Shown here piece by piece: positions 24,018 through 35,060 of a stretch of DNA of 64,000 nucleotides. Location of the stretch: assembly GCA_965214775.1 (NCBI GenBank), contig OZ243974.1, positions 1,984,001-2,048,000 on the forward strand. The letters are read 5' to 3'. The DNA is from Nitrosopumilus sp. GTDB lineage: Archaea > Thermoproteota > Nitrososphaeria > Nitrososphaerales > Nitrosopumilaceae. Positions within the stretch are counted from its first letter, which is position 1, and each line of letters opens with the position of its first letter. Under the pieces are notes generated by a model. That model was not told the DNA's origin, ran no database searches, and saw only the letters and a program-made list of their open reading frames with translations. Made by a program: the position numbers and the translations under genes.

Positions 24018-24049
24018 GGGCCTCTGAGATTACAGGGCAGATCAGCATT

Positions 24050-27000
24050 ATGCTTATGAGGCCCGATGTGACAGGGCTACACATGATAATCCTGCATGCA
24101 TGCCTATCTGGCGGATCCTTGGATCTCTGGGGCGAGGCAGAAGACGACGGCAGGACGCGCGCTCCGACGTCCAAGAGAGTCATAGGCAGGATGCATCCGT
24201 ACTCGGCAACTAGGAGCGAGATCAGGGACGCGTTTGTCTCACATGGGATCAAGATCGGCAGGGATATTTCCCCGTCCTCCGGTGTGTGGCTTCCAAGTGC
24301 AGACGGCAGACCTATCCGATCCGATGATACGGGGCGGCGGCCCGGATCCTCCCTGTCACAGTGGGTAGTCGAGACCGTTGACATGTCGGTGAGGGATACA
24401 GTACTGCTCCTCTCCTGGGTTCTCCGGGGCATGGACACGGTGGCCGGAATGACAGTCGGTGCGGATCTGGCATACTGGGCATGTGTCATGCGTTTTGCGG
24501 GATCCCTGGTGGCACGCCAGAGATTCCTGCCAGACATGCAGCCTGACTATGATGAGTTCCTCGCATGGTGGAGACCTGTCTTCTCGGAAGGGGATCGCAC
24601 GCGACTGGTCACCATGGCAGGACTCATGCCGGCGGCGGCGCGGGCGATGGGTGATGGCACCAGAGCCCGGCCCAAGATAGCCCCCATAACAGCGCTCAAG
24701 TCGTTCATAGACACACTTGTCAATCACATGATATACTGGGCGTCGTCAGTCTCGGTGACGCCCGGATACGCCAAGCAGAAGCGCTTTAAGATGATCCACG
24801 ACGAGTGGATCCACGGCCTGACGACGGCACATAGCGGCATAGAGATCTCATCAAACAGCCTTGATCTTGCAAAATACATACGCGAGTGGATGAAGGCGAC
24901 CGATACCCTAGAGGATCCCTCCATGAGAATGTGTATCCGGATAGAGGAGCCCGGGGAGGACAAGGTGCAGAGCGGGCAGTGGTCAGTCAAATATTTCGTA
25001 CAGTACCGCACGGATCCAGACAGGATGGTACCTGCCGACAAGGTGCTGGACAGCGGGTTTTCCGCGCCAGACGGTGTGCATGTCAGGGGATTTCTGCTCA
25101 GGTCACTAGGACATGCGTCTGTCATCTCTGCCGGGATCGCCGCCGGACTGAAGAGTGGCGGGGCAGGCGGATACGAGACCGATACTGCCGGGGCATACAG
25201 ATTCCTGCGCGAGGAGGCACCTATTCTAGAGCAGTCCGGATTCGGCATCGAGACGCCGGAGTGGTGGTCCGGCAGCGGCGCTACGACGAGGCTCTCGGCA
25301 CATGCGACCGTGAGAGGAAGCGGGGCGCGGACCGGCGGGATGCTGGATCTGAACTCCTCTGTCGGACTCGACTGGAGACTGGACATTGGAGGGAGCGCCG
25401 TCACGCCAAACCGACTGCGGGATATTGCCGGGTCGGATGTGCCGCTGGTCAGCGTGCACGGCAGGTGGGTCGACACCGGATCAGGGCAGGTCAGGCGCGC
25501 GGCCGACTTTATCGCCGACAGATCCGCCATGACGGTTCGCAACTGCATCATGACTGGACTGGGAACCGGCGCCGCGCCCGACTGGATGGATGTCAAGATC
25601 TCAGGCGGCCGGATCGGGAACACGATAGAGGCACTCAGGGGGGACAGAACCATGGCGGAGCTGCCCCAGCCGGACGGGTTTTCAGGCACCCTCCGACCGT
25701 ACCAGATCCGCGGCTATTCATGGATGTCGTTTCTGCAGGAGACAGGCCTAGGAGGGTGCCTGGCAGATGACATGGGACTGGGCAAGACGGTTCAGGTACT
25801 TGCGCTGATCCAGCGGCATGTCTCCGGCGCAGCCGGCCGCCACCGCAGCCGGCCGGTACTCGTAGTCTGCCCGACATCGGTCATAGACAACTGGAAGAAG
25901 GAGGCATCCAGGTTCGCACCTGGGCTGTCTGTCATGATACACCACGGCACCGGCCGTAAAAAGGACGACGCGTTTGCAACAGAGTCCGAAAGGCACGACA
26001 TTGTGATAACCAGTTACGGGCTGATGCAGCGAGACGTAGAGTTCGTCCGAAAGATGCAGTGGGAAGGAGTCATCCTTGATGAGGCACAGAACATCAGGAA
26101 CCCGAGCACCGGACATGCGCGCGCCGCAAGATCGCTTGAGGCGGGATTCAAATTTGCACTGACGGGAACACCCGTAGAGAACAACGTCGGAGACCTCTGG
26201 TCGATAATGGAATTCCTCAATCCAGGGTTGCTCGGCACCCGGGCCCAGTTCCGGCGGAACTTTCTTACCCCGATACAGAAGGGGCGGGATGTGGCAGCCA
26301 TCAAAACGCTTAGGAAAATGACCGGCCCGTTCATACTGCGCAGACTCAAGACCGACAGGTCAGTCATCTCTGATCTGCCAGAAAAGATGGAATCTGACGT
26401 ATACTGCCCGCTGACTCGCGAGCAGGTATCCCTGTATGAGGCCGTGCTCGTGGGACTTGAGAAGGGCTTGCATGATGCAGACGGCATACGGCGGAAGGGC
26501 ATGATCCTGGCCACGCTGACCAAACTCAAACAGGTCTGCAACCATCCTGCACACTTTCTCAAGGACGGCTCGGCAGTACCGGGCAGATCCGGCAAGCTGG
26601 AAAGGCTAATGGAGATGCTTGTGGAGGTCACAGAATCCGGCGGGCAGGCACTTGTGTTCACCCAGTTTGTAGAGATGGGCAAGATCCTGCAGAGGCACAT
26701 ATGTGATACGCTAGGCTGCAAAGTGTCGTTCCTGCACGGGGGCACGACGAGAGGGCAGCGGAGCGCCATGGTTGACAGGTTCCAGAGAGGCGGGGACATG
26801 GTGCTCATAGTCTCGCTCAAGGCCGGCGGCACGGGTCTCAACCTGACGGCGGCAGGCCACGTGTTCCACTTTGATCGGTGGTGGAACCCAGCAGTAGAGG
26901 ATCAGGCCACTGACAGGGCGTTTCGCATAGGGCAGAGGCACAACGTGCAGGTATACAGGATGGTGTGCTCGGGTACGATGGAGGAAAGGATAGCGGAGCT

Positions 27001-27124
27001 GATGCGCCGCAAGCGGGAGGTGGCCGCAGAGGTCGTCGATGCGGGCGAGGGCTGGCTGACGAATCTCTCCGACGCGGAGATCCGTGACGTGCTGGCCCTG
27101 AGTGGGGAGGCAGTCCGGATGTGA
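24050..27124 (+). CDS. SNF2-family ATPase/helicase
   Basis: LADDMGLGKT, DEAQ, TGTP, DRWWNPA..QATDRAFRIGQ. Confidence 0.93.
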   Translation: MLMRPDVTGLHMIILHACLSGGSLDLWGEAEDDGRTRAPTSKRVIGRMHPYSATRSEIRDAFVSHGIKIGRDISPSSGVWLPSADGRPIRSDDTGRRPGSSLSQWVVETVDMSVRDTVLLLSWVLRGMDTVAGMTVGADLAYWACVMRFAGSLVARQRFLPDMQPDYDEFLAWWRPVFSEGDRTRLVTMAGLMPAAARAMGDGTRARPKIAPITALKSFIDTLVNHMIYWASSVSVTPGYAKQKRFKMIHDEWIHGLTTAHSGIEISSNSLDLAKYIREWMKATDTLEDPSMRMCIRIEEPGEDKVQSGQWSVKYFVQYRTDPDRMVPADKVLDSGFSAPDGVHVRGFLLRSLGHASVISAGIAAGLKSGGAGGYETDTAGAYRFLREEAPILEQSGFGIETPEWWSGSGATTRLSAHATVRGSGARTGGMLDLNSSVGLDWRLDIGGSAVTPNRLRDIAGSDVPLVSVHGRWVDTGSGQVRRAADFIADRSAMTVRNCIMTGLGTGAAPDWMDVKISGGRIGNTIEALRGDRTMAELPQPDGFSGTLRPYQIRGYSWMSFLQETGLGGCLADDMGLGKTVQVLALIQRHVSGAAGRHRSRPVLVVCPTSVIDNWKKEASRFAPGLSVMIHHGTGRKKDDAFATESERHDIVITSYGLMQRDVEFVRKMQWEGVILDEAQNIRNPSTGHARAARSLEAGFKFALTGTPVENNVGDLWSIMEFLNPGLLGTRAQFRRNFLTPIQKGRDVAAIKTLRKMTGPFILRRLKTDRSVISDLPEKMESDVYCPLTREQVSLYEAVLVGLEKGLHDADGIRRKGMILATLTKLKQVCNHPAHFLKDGSAVPGRSGKLERLMEMLVEVTESGGQALVFTQFVEMGKILQRHICDTLGCKVSFLHGGTTRGQRSAMVDRFQRGGDMVLIVSLKAGGTGLNLTAAGHVFHFDRWWNPAVEDQATDRAFRIGQRHNVQVYRMVCSGTMEERIAELMRRKREVAAEVVDAGEGWLTNLSDAEIRDVLALSGEAVRM

Positions 27125-27978
27125 TTTTCGGGAGACACTACTGGTATCAGCAGTACCACAGAATATGGAAAGATATAGAGCAGTCTCTGATCGGCCGGCC
27201 GCACGCGGGTCCGTGGGCGTGGCGCTGGATGGAGGATCTGGATCCGGGTGCCGTGGCGCGGGCGCGGGGCTGTCGCGTGACGGACATTGCTATAAGGGAT
27301 GGATATGTGACAACCTTTGCTGAGGATCCCGAGACGTATTGCGATGTCGATATCAAGATTGGGGAGATAGACGGATCAAGCTGGACGAAAGTCGCAAGGT
27401 CGCTGCCCGTGCATCCGTCAGTCGCATCGGCGCTCCTTGCAGGCAGGATGCCTGATGATATTGAGAATCTCTTCAAGAATACAGGACTGCCCCTACTACC
27501 ACACAGATCCGATATGGAGATAGGATACACATGCGGGGAGGGGCCTGGCATGTGCAGGCACGCGATGACCGTCTTTGTTCTGCTTGCCGAGGAGATCGAA
27601 CTGGATCCCTTTTTGCTCTTTGAGCTGCGCGGTTGCGATACAGACAAACTGGCCAGGGAGGCCGGGTTCAGTCCGGATCTCATCGAAAGCCCGAACTGGG
27701 GGTACGAGTACGAGCCTGACTGGGATAGGGATCCCGACATGAAGGCGACTGAGCAACTTCCAGAGGACCATGACGTGTTCTGGGGACGCAAGACGGGTCC
27801 ATGCGATCCGGGAGACGCGTTCGTCCCGGCAGTACATGCCGCGCTGCCAAGGCAGCTTGGCAGGTTCCCTTTTTGGGCAGGGAGCGGTGACTTTGTGGGC
27901 ATCATGGAGCGCATATACCGGGACGCCTCAAGAACCGGCATGGGGGTGTTCCGGGGAGAGCCGGGCAGCGAGGTCTGA
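27121..27978 (+). CDS. SWIM zinc-finger family partner protein (first Cys apparently lost)
   Basis: YTC..CRH and DPFLLFELRG; overlaps the SNF2 stop codon. Confidence 0.8.
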   Translation: MIFGRHYWYQQYHRIWKDIEQSLIGRPHAGPWAWRWMEDLDPGAVARARGCRVTDIAIRDGYVTTFAEDPETYCDVDIKIGEIDGSSWTKVARSLPVHPSVASALLAGRMPDDIENLFKNTGLPLLPHRSDMEIGYTCGEGPGMCRHAMTVFVLLAEEIELDPFLLFELRGCDTDKLAREAGFSPDLIESPNWGYEYEPDWDRDPDMKATEQLPEDHDVFWGRKTGPCDPGDAFVPAVHAALPRQLGRFPFWAGSGDFVGIMERIYRDASRTGMGVFRGEPGSEV

Positions 27979-28197
27979 GTAGCAGCAGCAGCAGGACAGC
28001 TGCGGACGGGGCACTTGATTTCTAATTTCGGATCACCTCTCTGTGATACTCTGCAGATGACCCGCTTTTCAGAACCAGATCAACCCATAACAGGCATTTA
28101 CCGCATCAGTCCTTGCCGTATGCTGACTTGTGGTCGCACACTCGCATCAGATCTGTTATCTTTTGAGAGTATCTTATGCCAAAGATCATATCATGTA

Positions 28198-28276
28198 TAG
28201 CAACGGGCAGAAGTCTTTGAGTCAAAGTAGGTCATAACTACACGTAAAAAACCTCAATTATTTCTGCTCGTTGCTA
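28198..28276. mobile_element. 79-bp MITE derived from IS630 family A
   Basis: both ends match the 7487-8597 ends; TA on both flanks. Confidence 0.8.
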
Positions 28277-28450
28277 TATTTCCCGATCTTGTATGCAAAA
28301 ACACTCGTGCCTGGTTTGCAAACCCCTAAATCAGAAGGGTTTTCCGAATTGGTAAGTTCTTCTAACGGATTGTTGATGCGTTTTTTCGTTTGCAGATCTA
28401 GTCGTTTAAACTGCTTCAGAAATTTGGATCTACGGTAAAAATCCCACGTT
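28277..28450 (-). pseudogene. RelE/ParE-like toxin pseudogene
   Basis: TWDFYRRSKFLKQFKRLDLQTKKRI...YKIGKY, interrupted by the MITE. Confidence 0.55.
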
Positions 28451-28578
28451 ATCGTTCGTTGAGTTCTTCCAAGAGTTCTTCAAGAGTTCTGGTTTCCCCG
28501 TTATCACTGTCTCTGAATTCCTCAACATCTCTGATCTCCTCTGGTGTCAAGTCATCTGTCTGTCTTGTCTTTGACATG
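28449..28578 (-). CDS. small acidic antitoxin-like protein
   Basis: MSKTRQTDDLTPEEIRDVEEF...TLEELLEEL directly upstream of the RelE-like remnant. Confidence 0.55.
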
Positions 28579-28618
28579 TTTTTCTGTATTTTGCGTACTT
28601 TAAAAATATGTTATACAG

Positions 28619-28739
28619 CAGTCTTCCCAGAAGTAATCCGGAAAACGGCTCCGGATTTGAAGCAGACCAAGTTATGACACCTGCAGGTTCACCCGTCGCC
28701 ATTTGCACAGTCATGAATCACGTACCTCTGGGAATATTA
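28619..28739. mobile_element. ISH3-type MITE, right TIR degenerate
   Basis: homologous to 36233-36353. Confidence 0.85.
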
Positions 28740-28786
28740 TACAGAAAACAAATTTGGACAACTGCCCATCACCTGCCTGCCAAATT

Positions 28787-29563
28787 TTACGAGAGATGAT
28801 GATTCGACAAGCCCCTCACATACACACATTGGTCCGGCGAGATGGCCATCTCTGAGGGGACTATCTTTCTGTCAGTCAGACTTGCTCCTGAATTTTTGAT
28901 TATTGCAAACGGCTTTGACTCTGCACCCTCCCCCATCCTGTGATTGGCAATTGTTGCCAGACTATCGGCAACAGCCTGAAATGTCACTTTTAATGGATTC
29001 CCGTCCAAATCCCTTTTGGCCCTCATATCCAATGTCGGCTCTAACCCCGCACACGAAATTGCAACTCCCGTAGTTCCAACCCTTGCAGGCATCAGCCTGC
29101 TGTCTACAAGGATGATTCCCACATGAATTGACAGCTCTAGAAATATTTTTCGGCGAATCTCTTCGGCAGCCTTGAACGGATCATTTGGGTACAAGATGAC
29201 CCTTCCTTTTTTTGCATTGGACTTGTCAATTCCTGCATTGGGAGCCATGATGCCGTCTGCCAAAGTGATCAAAAATCCCGAAATTCCCCCGAAAATCTTG
29301 TCTGATTCTCTAATTATGACTTCTGCAACTTTGGGATTTAGCTGGAATCTCTTGGAAATTTGCCTGCCCTCTTCAGACGTCTTAATTTTACCCAATTCGA
29401 TAATCCTGCCTTGGGCATTAGAGACGTACTTGGTTGAGATGACAACAATGTCTCCCTCCTCCAATCTTGCACTGTTCTTTGACAAGGCTTCCGTCAATGC
29501 TTCATTGACATCAAACTTTTTCTCTTTTCTCTCTGTCAAAAGCGGCAAAACTGTCAGTTCCAC
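28787..29563 (-). CDS. cofE: coenzyme F420-0:L-glutamate ligase
   Basis: NAGIDKSN, DSR..R.G..GVAI, MGEGAE. Confidence 0.88.
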   Translation of the reverse strand: MELTVLPLLTERKEKKFDVNEALTEALSKNSARLEEGDIVVISTKYVSNAQGRIIELGKIKTSEEGRQISKRFQLNPKVAEVIIRESDKIFGGISGFLITLADGIMAPNAGIDKSNAKKGRVILYPNDPFKAAEEIRRKIFLELSIHVGIILVDSRLMPARVGTTGVAISCAGLEPTLDMRAKRDLDGNPLKVTFQAVADSLATIANHRMGEGAESKPFAIIKNSGASLTDRKIVPSEMAISPDQCVYVRGLSNHHLS

Positions 29564-29629
29564 GAATACCTTTAACCCCTTTTCTTTTTTATTGTTCTGA
29601 AAAGCTTTTAATCTGTAGAGCCGCCTTTT

Positions 29630-30922
29630 TTGACCATGAATATCGTTGAGAAAATCCTTGCAAGGGCCTCGGGAAAGTCATCGTTGGCCCCTGATGACGT
29701 TGTTTTTGCAAATGTTGACAAGGTAATGGTCCATGACGTATCTGGACCCGGGGTTCTCAAGGTATTTGACAAACTGAGAAAGCAAGGCATCTCTGTTGAC
29801 AAACTGTGGGATCCGACCAAAGTCTGGGTGGCAGAGGATCATTTCGTTCCATCTGCAGAAAAGATATCAGCAGAAAACATAGTAAAACTATCCAATTTTA
29901 CCAAGAAATATGGAATCGAGAAGCATTTCAAATATGGCATGGGCCAGTACGGAATTTGCCATACCCTGTCTCATGAGGAGGCAATGGTAATGCCCGGTGA
30001 TGTATACGTCGGAGGGGATTCCCACACAAACACAACCGGTGCATTGGGCGCTTTTGCCTGCGGCTTGGGCCATACTGACATTGCATATGTCTTACTTAAC
30101 GGAAAAATCTGGTTCAAAGTGCCTGAAACTGACTACTTTAAACTTGACGGAAGGCTTCCTGATCACGTAATGGCCAAAGACTTTATCTTGAAAATCATCG
30201 GGGATATCGGGACTGATGGCGGAAATTATAGAACCATGCAGTTTGGCGGAACTGGAATCGAAGGGATGTCCGTTGAAGGCAGACTGACGTTGTGTAACAT
30301 GACCACAGAGGCCGGCGCCAAAAACGGAATTGTAGAGGCTGATCAAAAGGTGGTTGACTATCTTGAGAGTCGCGGAGCAACAAGCGCCAAAATCTTCAGG
30401 GGAGATGATGGTGATGGTGATGATGATGCCCAATATGCCAACGTATACGAATACGATGCATCAGAAATGGAACCCGTTGTGGCAAAGCCATTCTCTCCCG
30501 AAAATGTCGCAGTTGTCAGGGAGGCCCCGTCCGTAGAACTGGACAAGTCCTACATCGGCTCCTGTACTGGCGCAAAATACGAGGATCTTGAAGCTGCGGC
30601 AAAAATTCTCAAGGGAAGACAGGTAAAAATCAGAACCGAAATTCTGCCTGCCTCGATCTCGATTTACAGGCGCGCCATGGAAAACGGCCTGCTTTCAATC
30701 TTCCTTGATTCTGGCGTAACTGTCGGTCCCCCGACGTGCGGTGCCTGCTGCGGCGCACATATGGGCGTATTGGCCAAAGACGAGATCTGCATCAGCACTA
30801 CAAACAGAAACTTTCCGGGACGAATGGGACATGTCGAATCACAAACCTATCTTTCATCCCCTCTGGTGGCTGCCGCATCTGCGGTCACCGGAAAGATTAC
30901 CGACCCGAGGGACCTGCAATGA
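29630..30922 (+). CDS. homoaconitase / isopropylmalate dehydratase large subunit (archaeal type)
   Basis: GDSHT, IGSCT, CGACCG, TTNRNF. Confidence 0.88.
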   Translation: MTMNIVEKILARASGKSSLAPDDVVFANVDKVMVHDVSGPGVLKVFDKLRKQGISVDKLWDPTKVWVAEDHFVPSAEKISAENIVKLSNFTKKYGIEKHFKYGMGQYGICHTLSHEEAMVMPGDVYVGGDSHTNTTGALGAFACGLGHTDIAYVLLNGKIWFKVPETDYFKLDGRLPDHVMAKDFILKIIGDIGTDGGNYRTMQFGGTGIEGMSVEGRLTLCNMTTEAGAKNGIVEADQKVVDYLESRGATSAKIFRGDDGDGDDDAQYANVYEYDASEMEPVVAKPFSPENVAVVREAPSVELDKSYIGSCTGAKYEDLEAAAKILKGRQVKIRTEILPASISIYRRAMENGLLSIFLDSGVTVGPPTCGACCGAHMGVLAKDEICISTTNRNFPGRMGHVESQTYLSSPLVAAASAVTGKITDPRDLQ

Positions 30923-31410
30923 AGGGAAACGTCATAAAGTATCAAAGAGACAACATTGACACTGACGTCATCATTCCGGGCCAATATCTGAAAGTTCATG
31001 ACTATGCCGAACTTGCAACACACGCAATGGAGGGACTGGATCCCCAATTTCACTCCAAGGTAAAGGAAGGCGACTTTATTCTTGCCGGAAGGAATTTCGG
31101 ATGTGGTTCGTCTCGCGAGCATGCACCGATTGCACTGTCCCATTCGGGAGTCAAGGCAGTATTGGCACTGTCTTTTGCCAGGATCTTTTATCGCAACTCT
31201 GTTGACGGTGCATTCTTACTTCCGATAGAAATCGGGGAGGATGCATACGAGTCAATCTCAGAAGGAGACGAACTTGACATTGATATTTCTGCAAACGAAA
31301 TAAAAAATAACACGAAAAATCAAACCTACAAAATAAAGCCCTTCTCTGAGATAATCGGAAAAATTATTGCGGCAGGCGGCCTCTTCAAATACAAGCCTGG
31401 GCAGGATTGA
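30919..31410 (+). CDS. homoaconitase / isopropylmalate dehydratase small subunit
   Basis: [18 protein letters not shown]. Confidence 0.88.
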   Translation: MKGNVIKYQRDNIDTDVIIPGQYLKVHDYAELATHAMEGLDPQFHSKVKEGDFILAGRNFGCGSSREHAPIALSHSGVKAVLALSFARIFYRNSVDGAFLLPIEIGEDAYESISEGDELDIDISANEIKNNTKNQTYKIKPFSEIIGKIIAAGGLFKYKPGQD

Positions 31411-31411
31411 A

Positions 31412-32842
31412 ATGGGAAAAACGCTTTTTGAAAAAATCTGGGACGCCCACACTGTGGTTGAAAAATCAGCCGGCCCATCGTTGATCTATATTGACAGGCA
31501 CCTGATCCACGAGGTTACCTCCCCCCAGGCATTTGACGGATTGAGAATGAATAACAGAAAGGTACGCCGTCCCGATTTGACGATTGCAACTGTGGATCAT
31601 AACGTCCCTACAAATAATGCCAGGTCGTTGCCAATCCTTGATCGGACATCTGCAGTTCAAATTAAAACCTTGGAGAAAAACTGTGATGATTTTGGGATCA
31701 AGCTATTTGATGTCGACAGCCCTAACCAGGGGATTGTTCATGTAATCGGGCCCCAATTGGGCATAACCCTGCCTGGAACGACAATCGTCTGCGGGGACAG
31801 TCACACCTCTACCCATGGAGCCTTTGGGGCTCTGGCATTGGGAATTGGAACTAGCGAGGTGGAACATGTCCTGGCATCTCAGACTCTCTGGTTGGAAAAG
31901 CCAAAACCTTTTGAAATTCGAATTGAGGGAAAAAGAAGGAATCCCCGCGCTGTAACTGCCAAAGATATCGTCTTGTCCATTATCAAGAACATCGGAACCG
32001 GAGGGGGAACCGGGACTGTCGTAGAGTACAGGGGCCAAGGAATCACCGACCTTTCCATGGAGCAGAGAATGACAATCTGCAACATGTCTGTTGAAGCCGG
32101 AGCAAGGGCCGGATTGATCTCGCCTGACGAAAAAACCTTCGACTATCTTAGGGACAGGCAATTCACCCCGAAAAATTATGACTCGCTAGTCAAATACTGG
32201 AGGGACAATCTAAAAACTGACAGTGGCGCGAAATTTGAGAGGCAATTCACGCTGCAGATTGACGATATTGCCCCCCAGGTAAGCTGGGGAACAAATCCCG
32301 GAATGACCTGCGATGTCACTGATTCGGTTCCGTCCCCGGACGATTTTGCAAAGGGCGATGAGAATCAAAAGAGAGGCGCACAAAAAGCTCTTGACTATAT
32401 GGATCTGAGGCCTGGAACTCCAATCACCGATATCAAAATTGATCGTGTATTCATTGGTTCGTGTACCAATGCCAGACTGGAAGATCTTGTTGAGGCATCC
32501 CGGGTGATCAAAGGCCATAAAATCTCTTCAAACGTCCGTGCCATGGCAGTTCCAGGCTCGCAAATGGTAAAGAAACAAGCCGAAGAGATGGGACTGGACA
32601 AAATTTTCACCGATGCCAATTTTGAATGGAGGGAGTCTGGATGCAGCATGTGCCTTGGAATGAATCCTGATATTTTAGCTCCGGGGGAAAGATGTGCAAG
32701 TACTTCGAACAGAAACTTTGAGGGAAGGCAAGGCACCGGCGGCAGAACCCACCTTGTAAGTCCTGTAATGGCTGCTGCTGCTGCCATTGAAGGCCATTTT
32801 GTTGACGTAAGAGAATTAGGCGAGTTGGATGGAACCGTTTAA
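31412..32842 (+). CDS. leuC: 3-isopropylmalate dehydratase large subunit
   Basis: [35 protein letters not shown]. Confidence 0.93.
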   Translation: MGKTLFEKIWDAHTVVEKSAGPSLIYIDRHLIHEVTSPQAFDGLRMNNRKVRRPDLTIATVDHNVPTNNARSLPILDRTSAVQIKTLEKNCDDFGIKLFDVDSPNQGIVHVIGPQLGITLPGTTIVCGDSHTSTHGAFGALALGIGTSEVEHVLASQTLWLEKPKPFEIRIEGKRRNPRAVTAKDIVLSIIKNIGTGGGTGTVVEYRGQGITDLSMEQRMTICNMSVEAGARAGLISPDEKTFDYLRDRQFTPKNYDSLVKYWRDNLKTDSGAKFERQFTLQIDDIAPQVSWGTNPGMTCDVTDSVPSPDDFAKGDENQKRGAQKALDYMDLRPGTPITDIKIDRVFIGSCTNARLEDLVEASRVIKGHKISSNVRAMAVPGSQMVKKQAEEMGLDKIFTDANFEWRESGCSMCLGMNPDILAPGERCASTSNRNFEGRQGTGGRTHLVSPVMAAAAAIEGHFVDVRELGELDGTV

Positions 32843-33413
32843 GCCTGTCAGAAGCATTGTGACTCCCTTGGACAAGGTCAATGTCGACACTGATCAAATA
32901 GTTCCCAAACAATTTTTAAAACTGGTCCAAAAATCTGGATTTGGAAAGTTTCTGTTTTACAACTGGCGATACGACGAAAATGAAAACAAAAGGGACGATT
33001 TTGTTCTAAATGACCCAAAATTTGACGGTTCCCAAATTCTTGTTGCCGGTGATAATTTCGGATGCGGTTCCTCCCGCGAACATGCAGTATGGGCCTTGCA
33101 GGATTACGGTTTTGCAGTAGTCATCGCCCCTTCCTTTGCCGATATCTTCCTTGGCAACTGTTTTAAAAATGGCGTTCTGCCAATCTCTCTTGGACACAAA
33201 GCCGTAGAAAAACTGCAGTCTGAGACAGGCCCTGTCAGAGTAGATCTTGAAAACCAGAGCATCATCACCCCCTCAGAAACGATCCCCTTTGTGATTGATT
33301 CTCACAAAAAGAGAGTTCTGTTGGAGGGATTGGATGATATTGCGCAGACTTTGCAGTTCGAAGAAAAAATTTCCGAGTTTGAAAAAAATTCTACGGTTCC
33401 ATCTGTCTTATGA
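32829..33413 (+). CDS. leuD: 3-isopropylmalate dehydratase small subunit
   Basis: [20 protein letters not shown]. Confidence 0.93.
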   Translation: MEPFKPVRSIVTPLDKVNVDTDQIVPKQFLKLVQKSGFGKFLFYNWRYDENENKRDDFVLNDPKFDGSQILVAGDNFGCGSSREHAVWALQDYGFAVVIAPSFADIFLGNCFKNGVLPISLGHKAVEKLQSETGPVRVDLENQSIITPSETIPFVIDSHKKRVLLEGLDDIAQTLQFEEKISEFEKNSTVPSVL

Positions 33414-34107
33414 TTTTATTTACGGTTTTTTGATTTCTTTCTAGGATTGATGGGGATTCGGCATCAATCCATTCCGTATTGCCAATATCAAAGGCGCTGA
33501 TTCTGCCTTCCTTGGACAGCGGCTGCAAGACATCATATGAGAGGTTGATCTCTTTTTGCCTTTTTGATCTGATTCCCTTTAAGACTTTTTTTCCTAGCAT
33601 GTAGATGCCCAGGCATTCTGACATCTGCAGTTTCACGGTAGGCTTTTCCTTGAATTCCTTGACCATTCCGTCCTCTACTACTGCAAAGCCCGTCTCTTCC
33701 CTCCGTCTTGTTCTTGTTGCAATGCATGCGTCGCTTTTCTTGTCTTTGAACTGCTTTTTCATTTTTTCAAGATCAACTGCGCACAGGTTGTCTACAAACC
33801 ACAAGACAAACTCTGATTCGTTTTTCAGGTGTTTTTCAACGTGGCGCAAGTCTCCTCCGGTACCACCTTGAGAGTCCTGAACAAAAACAATTTTTTTCTG
33901 ACTCCCAAAATAGTTTTTTATCTGGCCCCCCAGTCCCTTAAAATCTGAAACTATGATGATCTCCTTTACGAACTCAAATGATCTCAAATATTGAACCACA
34001 TACTCTATCAATGGCCTTCCGTTGATGGGAGTCATCGCCTTTGGAAAATAATCAGTATACGGCCTGCCCCGAGTTCCTCTGCCGCCTGCCAAAATTACAG
34101 CCTTCAC
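33391..34107 (-). CDS. nucleotidyltransferase family protein
   Basis: AVILAGGRGTR..PK. Confidence 0.88.
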   Translation of the reverse strand: MKAVILAGGRGTRGRPYTDYFPKAMTPINGRPLIEYVVQYLRSFEFVKEIIIVSDFKGLGGQIKNYFGSQKKIVFVQDSQGGTGGDLRHVEKHLKNESEFVLWFVDNLCAVDLEKMKKQFKDKKSDACIATRTRRREETGFAVVEDGMVKEFKEKPTVKLQMSECLGIYMLGKKVLKGIRSKRQKEINLSYDVLQPLSKEGRISAFDIGNTEWIDAESPSILERNQKTVNKIIRQMEP

Positions 34108-34110
34108 AGC

Positions 34111-34560
34111 CTAACGGTATGATTTTTGTTTTCTTCTTCTTGCACCAGAACCGCCGAACTTCTTTGGCTCTTTTCTTCTGGCATCTCCGCTAATCAGATA
34201 TTTGTCAAAATCCGTGATTCTCTTTCTTAGATCCTCCCTGGTGGATTTTGAGAAGGGGTGATCCTTGGGATCCCTCTTGGATTTGGTCCGGCCTGTCAAT
34301 GCCCTTGAAATTCCTGTTGCAACTGCACTAGCCTGACCCATAAATCCGCCACCCCTGACTCTTGCAGAAATGTCGATCCTTCCTCTCAAATCACCGGTAA
34401 TCTCTAGCGGTGCTAAAATCACTTCGCGGGCCGTCTCCTGCGGAATCATTTCTATTGGAACGTTGTTGATTCTGACCCTGCCTTGTCCTTTTGTGATGTA
34501 GACATGCGCACTAGCCGTCTTTCTTGTCGCAAAATAGATCTCGGTTTTTGGAGTCGTCAT
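34111..34560 (-). CDS. rps9: 30S ribosomal protein S9
   Basis: GGGFMGQA, RRKEPKKFGG..QKSYR. Confidence 0.95.
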   Translation of the reverse strand: MTTPKTEIYFATRKTASAHVYITKGQGRVRINNVPIEMIPQETAREVILAPLEITGDLRGRIDISARVRGGGFMGQASAVATGISRALTGRTKSKRDPKDHPFSKSTREDLRKRITDFDKYLISGDARRKEPKKFGGSGARRRKQKSYR

Positions 34561-35060
34561 TCGGTCCACCCTATTACCCTGCCTAGCTCTCCCATTGTCG
34601 TGTAATTGGCGGCAGATTTTTTAATCTTTGCCTTTTCAAACTGAGTTTTTTCCAATGATTTTAATTCCTTGGGCGAGCCAATATATGCCCTTAGTCTTTT
34701 ATGTGCTTTGATGCCTGACGGTTTTTTTCCATGCGGCAGCATCCCTCTGATCATTTTTGTAATGATCGTGTCCGGTCTTCTTGGATGGAACGGTCCGTGT
34801 TTGGGATTCAGGACACTGGAAATCTCTAAAAACTTTCTGTATTCTTTAATTATGTTTGAACGGGTTCCGCTGATCATGATTTTCTCACAGTTGACAATTG
34901 ATATTCTGTTTCCTTGGAGGAGCAGTTTTGCTACATTAGATGACAGTCTTCCTGCGATATGATCGGTTGCATCTACGACGATCGGCCTGTCCGTTCTTGC
35001 GACTGTTTCCTGTTTGGCTGCCGCCGCTCCTCTGGGCCTGTTTAACCTGCCGTTAGCCAA
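34557..35060 (-). CDS. rpl13: 50S ribosomal protein L13
   Basis: VVDAT..GRL, GPFHPRRP, RGMLP. Confidence 0.95.
   Translation of the reverse strand: MANGRLNRPRGAAAAKQETVARTDRPIVVDATDHIAGRLSSNVAKLLLQGNRISIVNCEKIMISGTRSNIIKEYRKFLEISSVLNPKHGPFHPRRPDTIITKMIRGMLPHGKKPSGIKAHKRLRAYIGSPKELKSLEKTQFEKAKIKKSAANYTTMGELGRVIGWTE

Noticed and set aside
29630-33413. duplicated leuCD as a novel system
   Set aside because: two aconitase-family pairs are expected for leucine and lysine/isoleucine pathways in archaea
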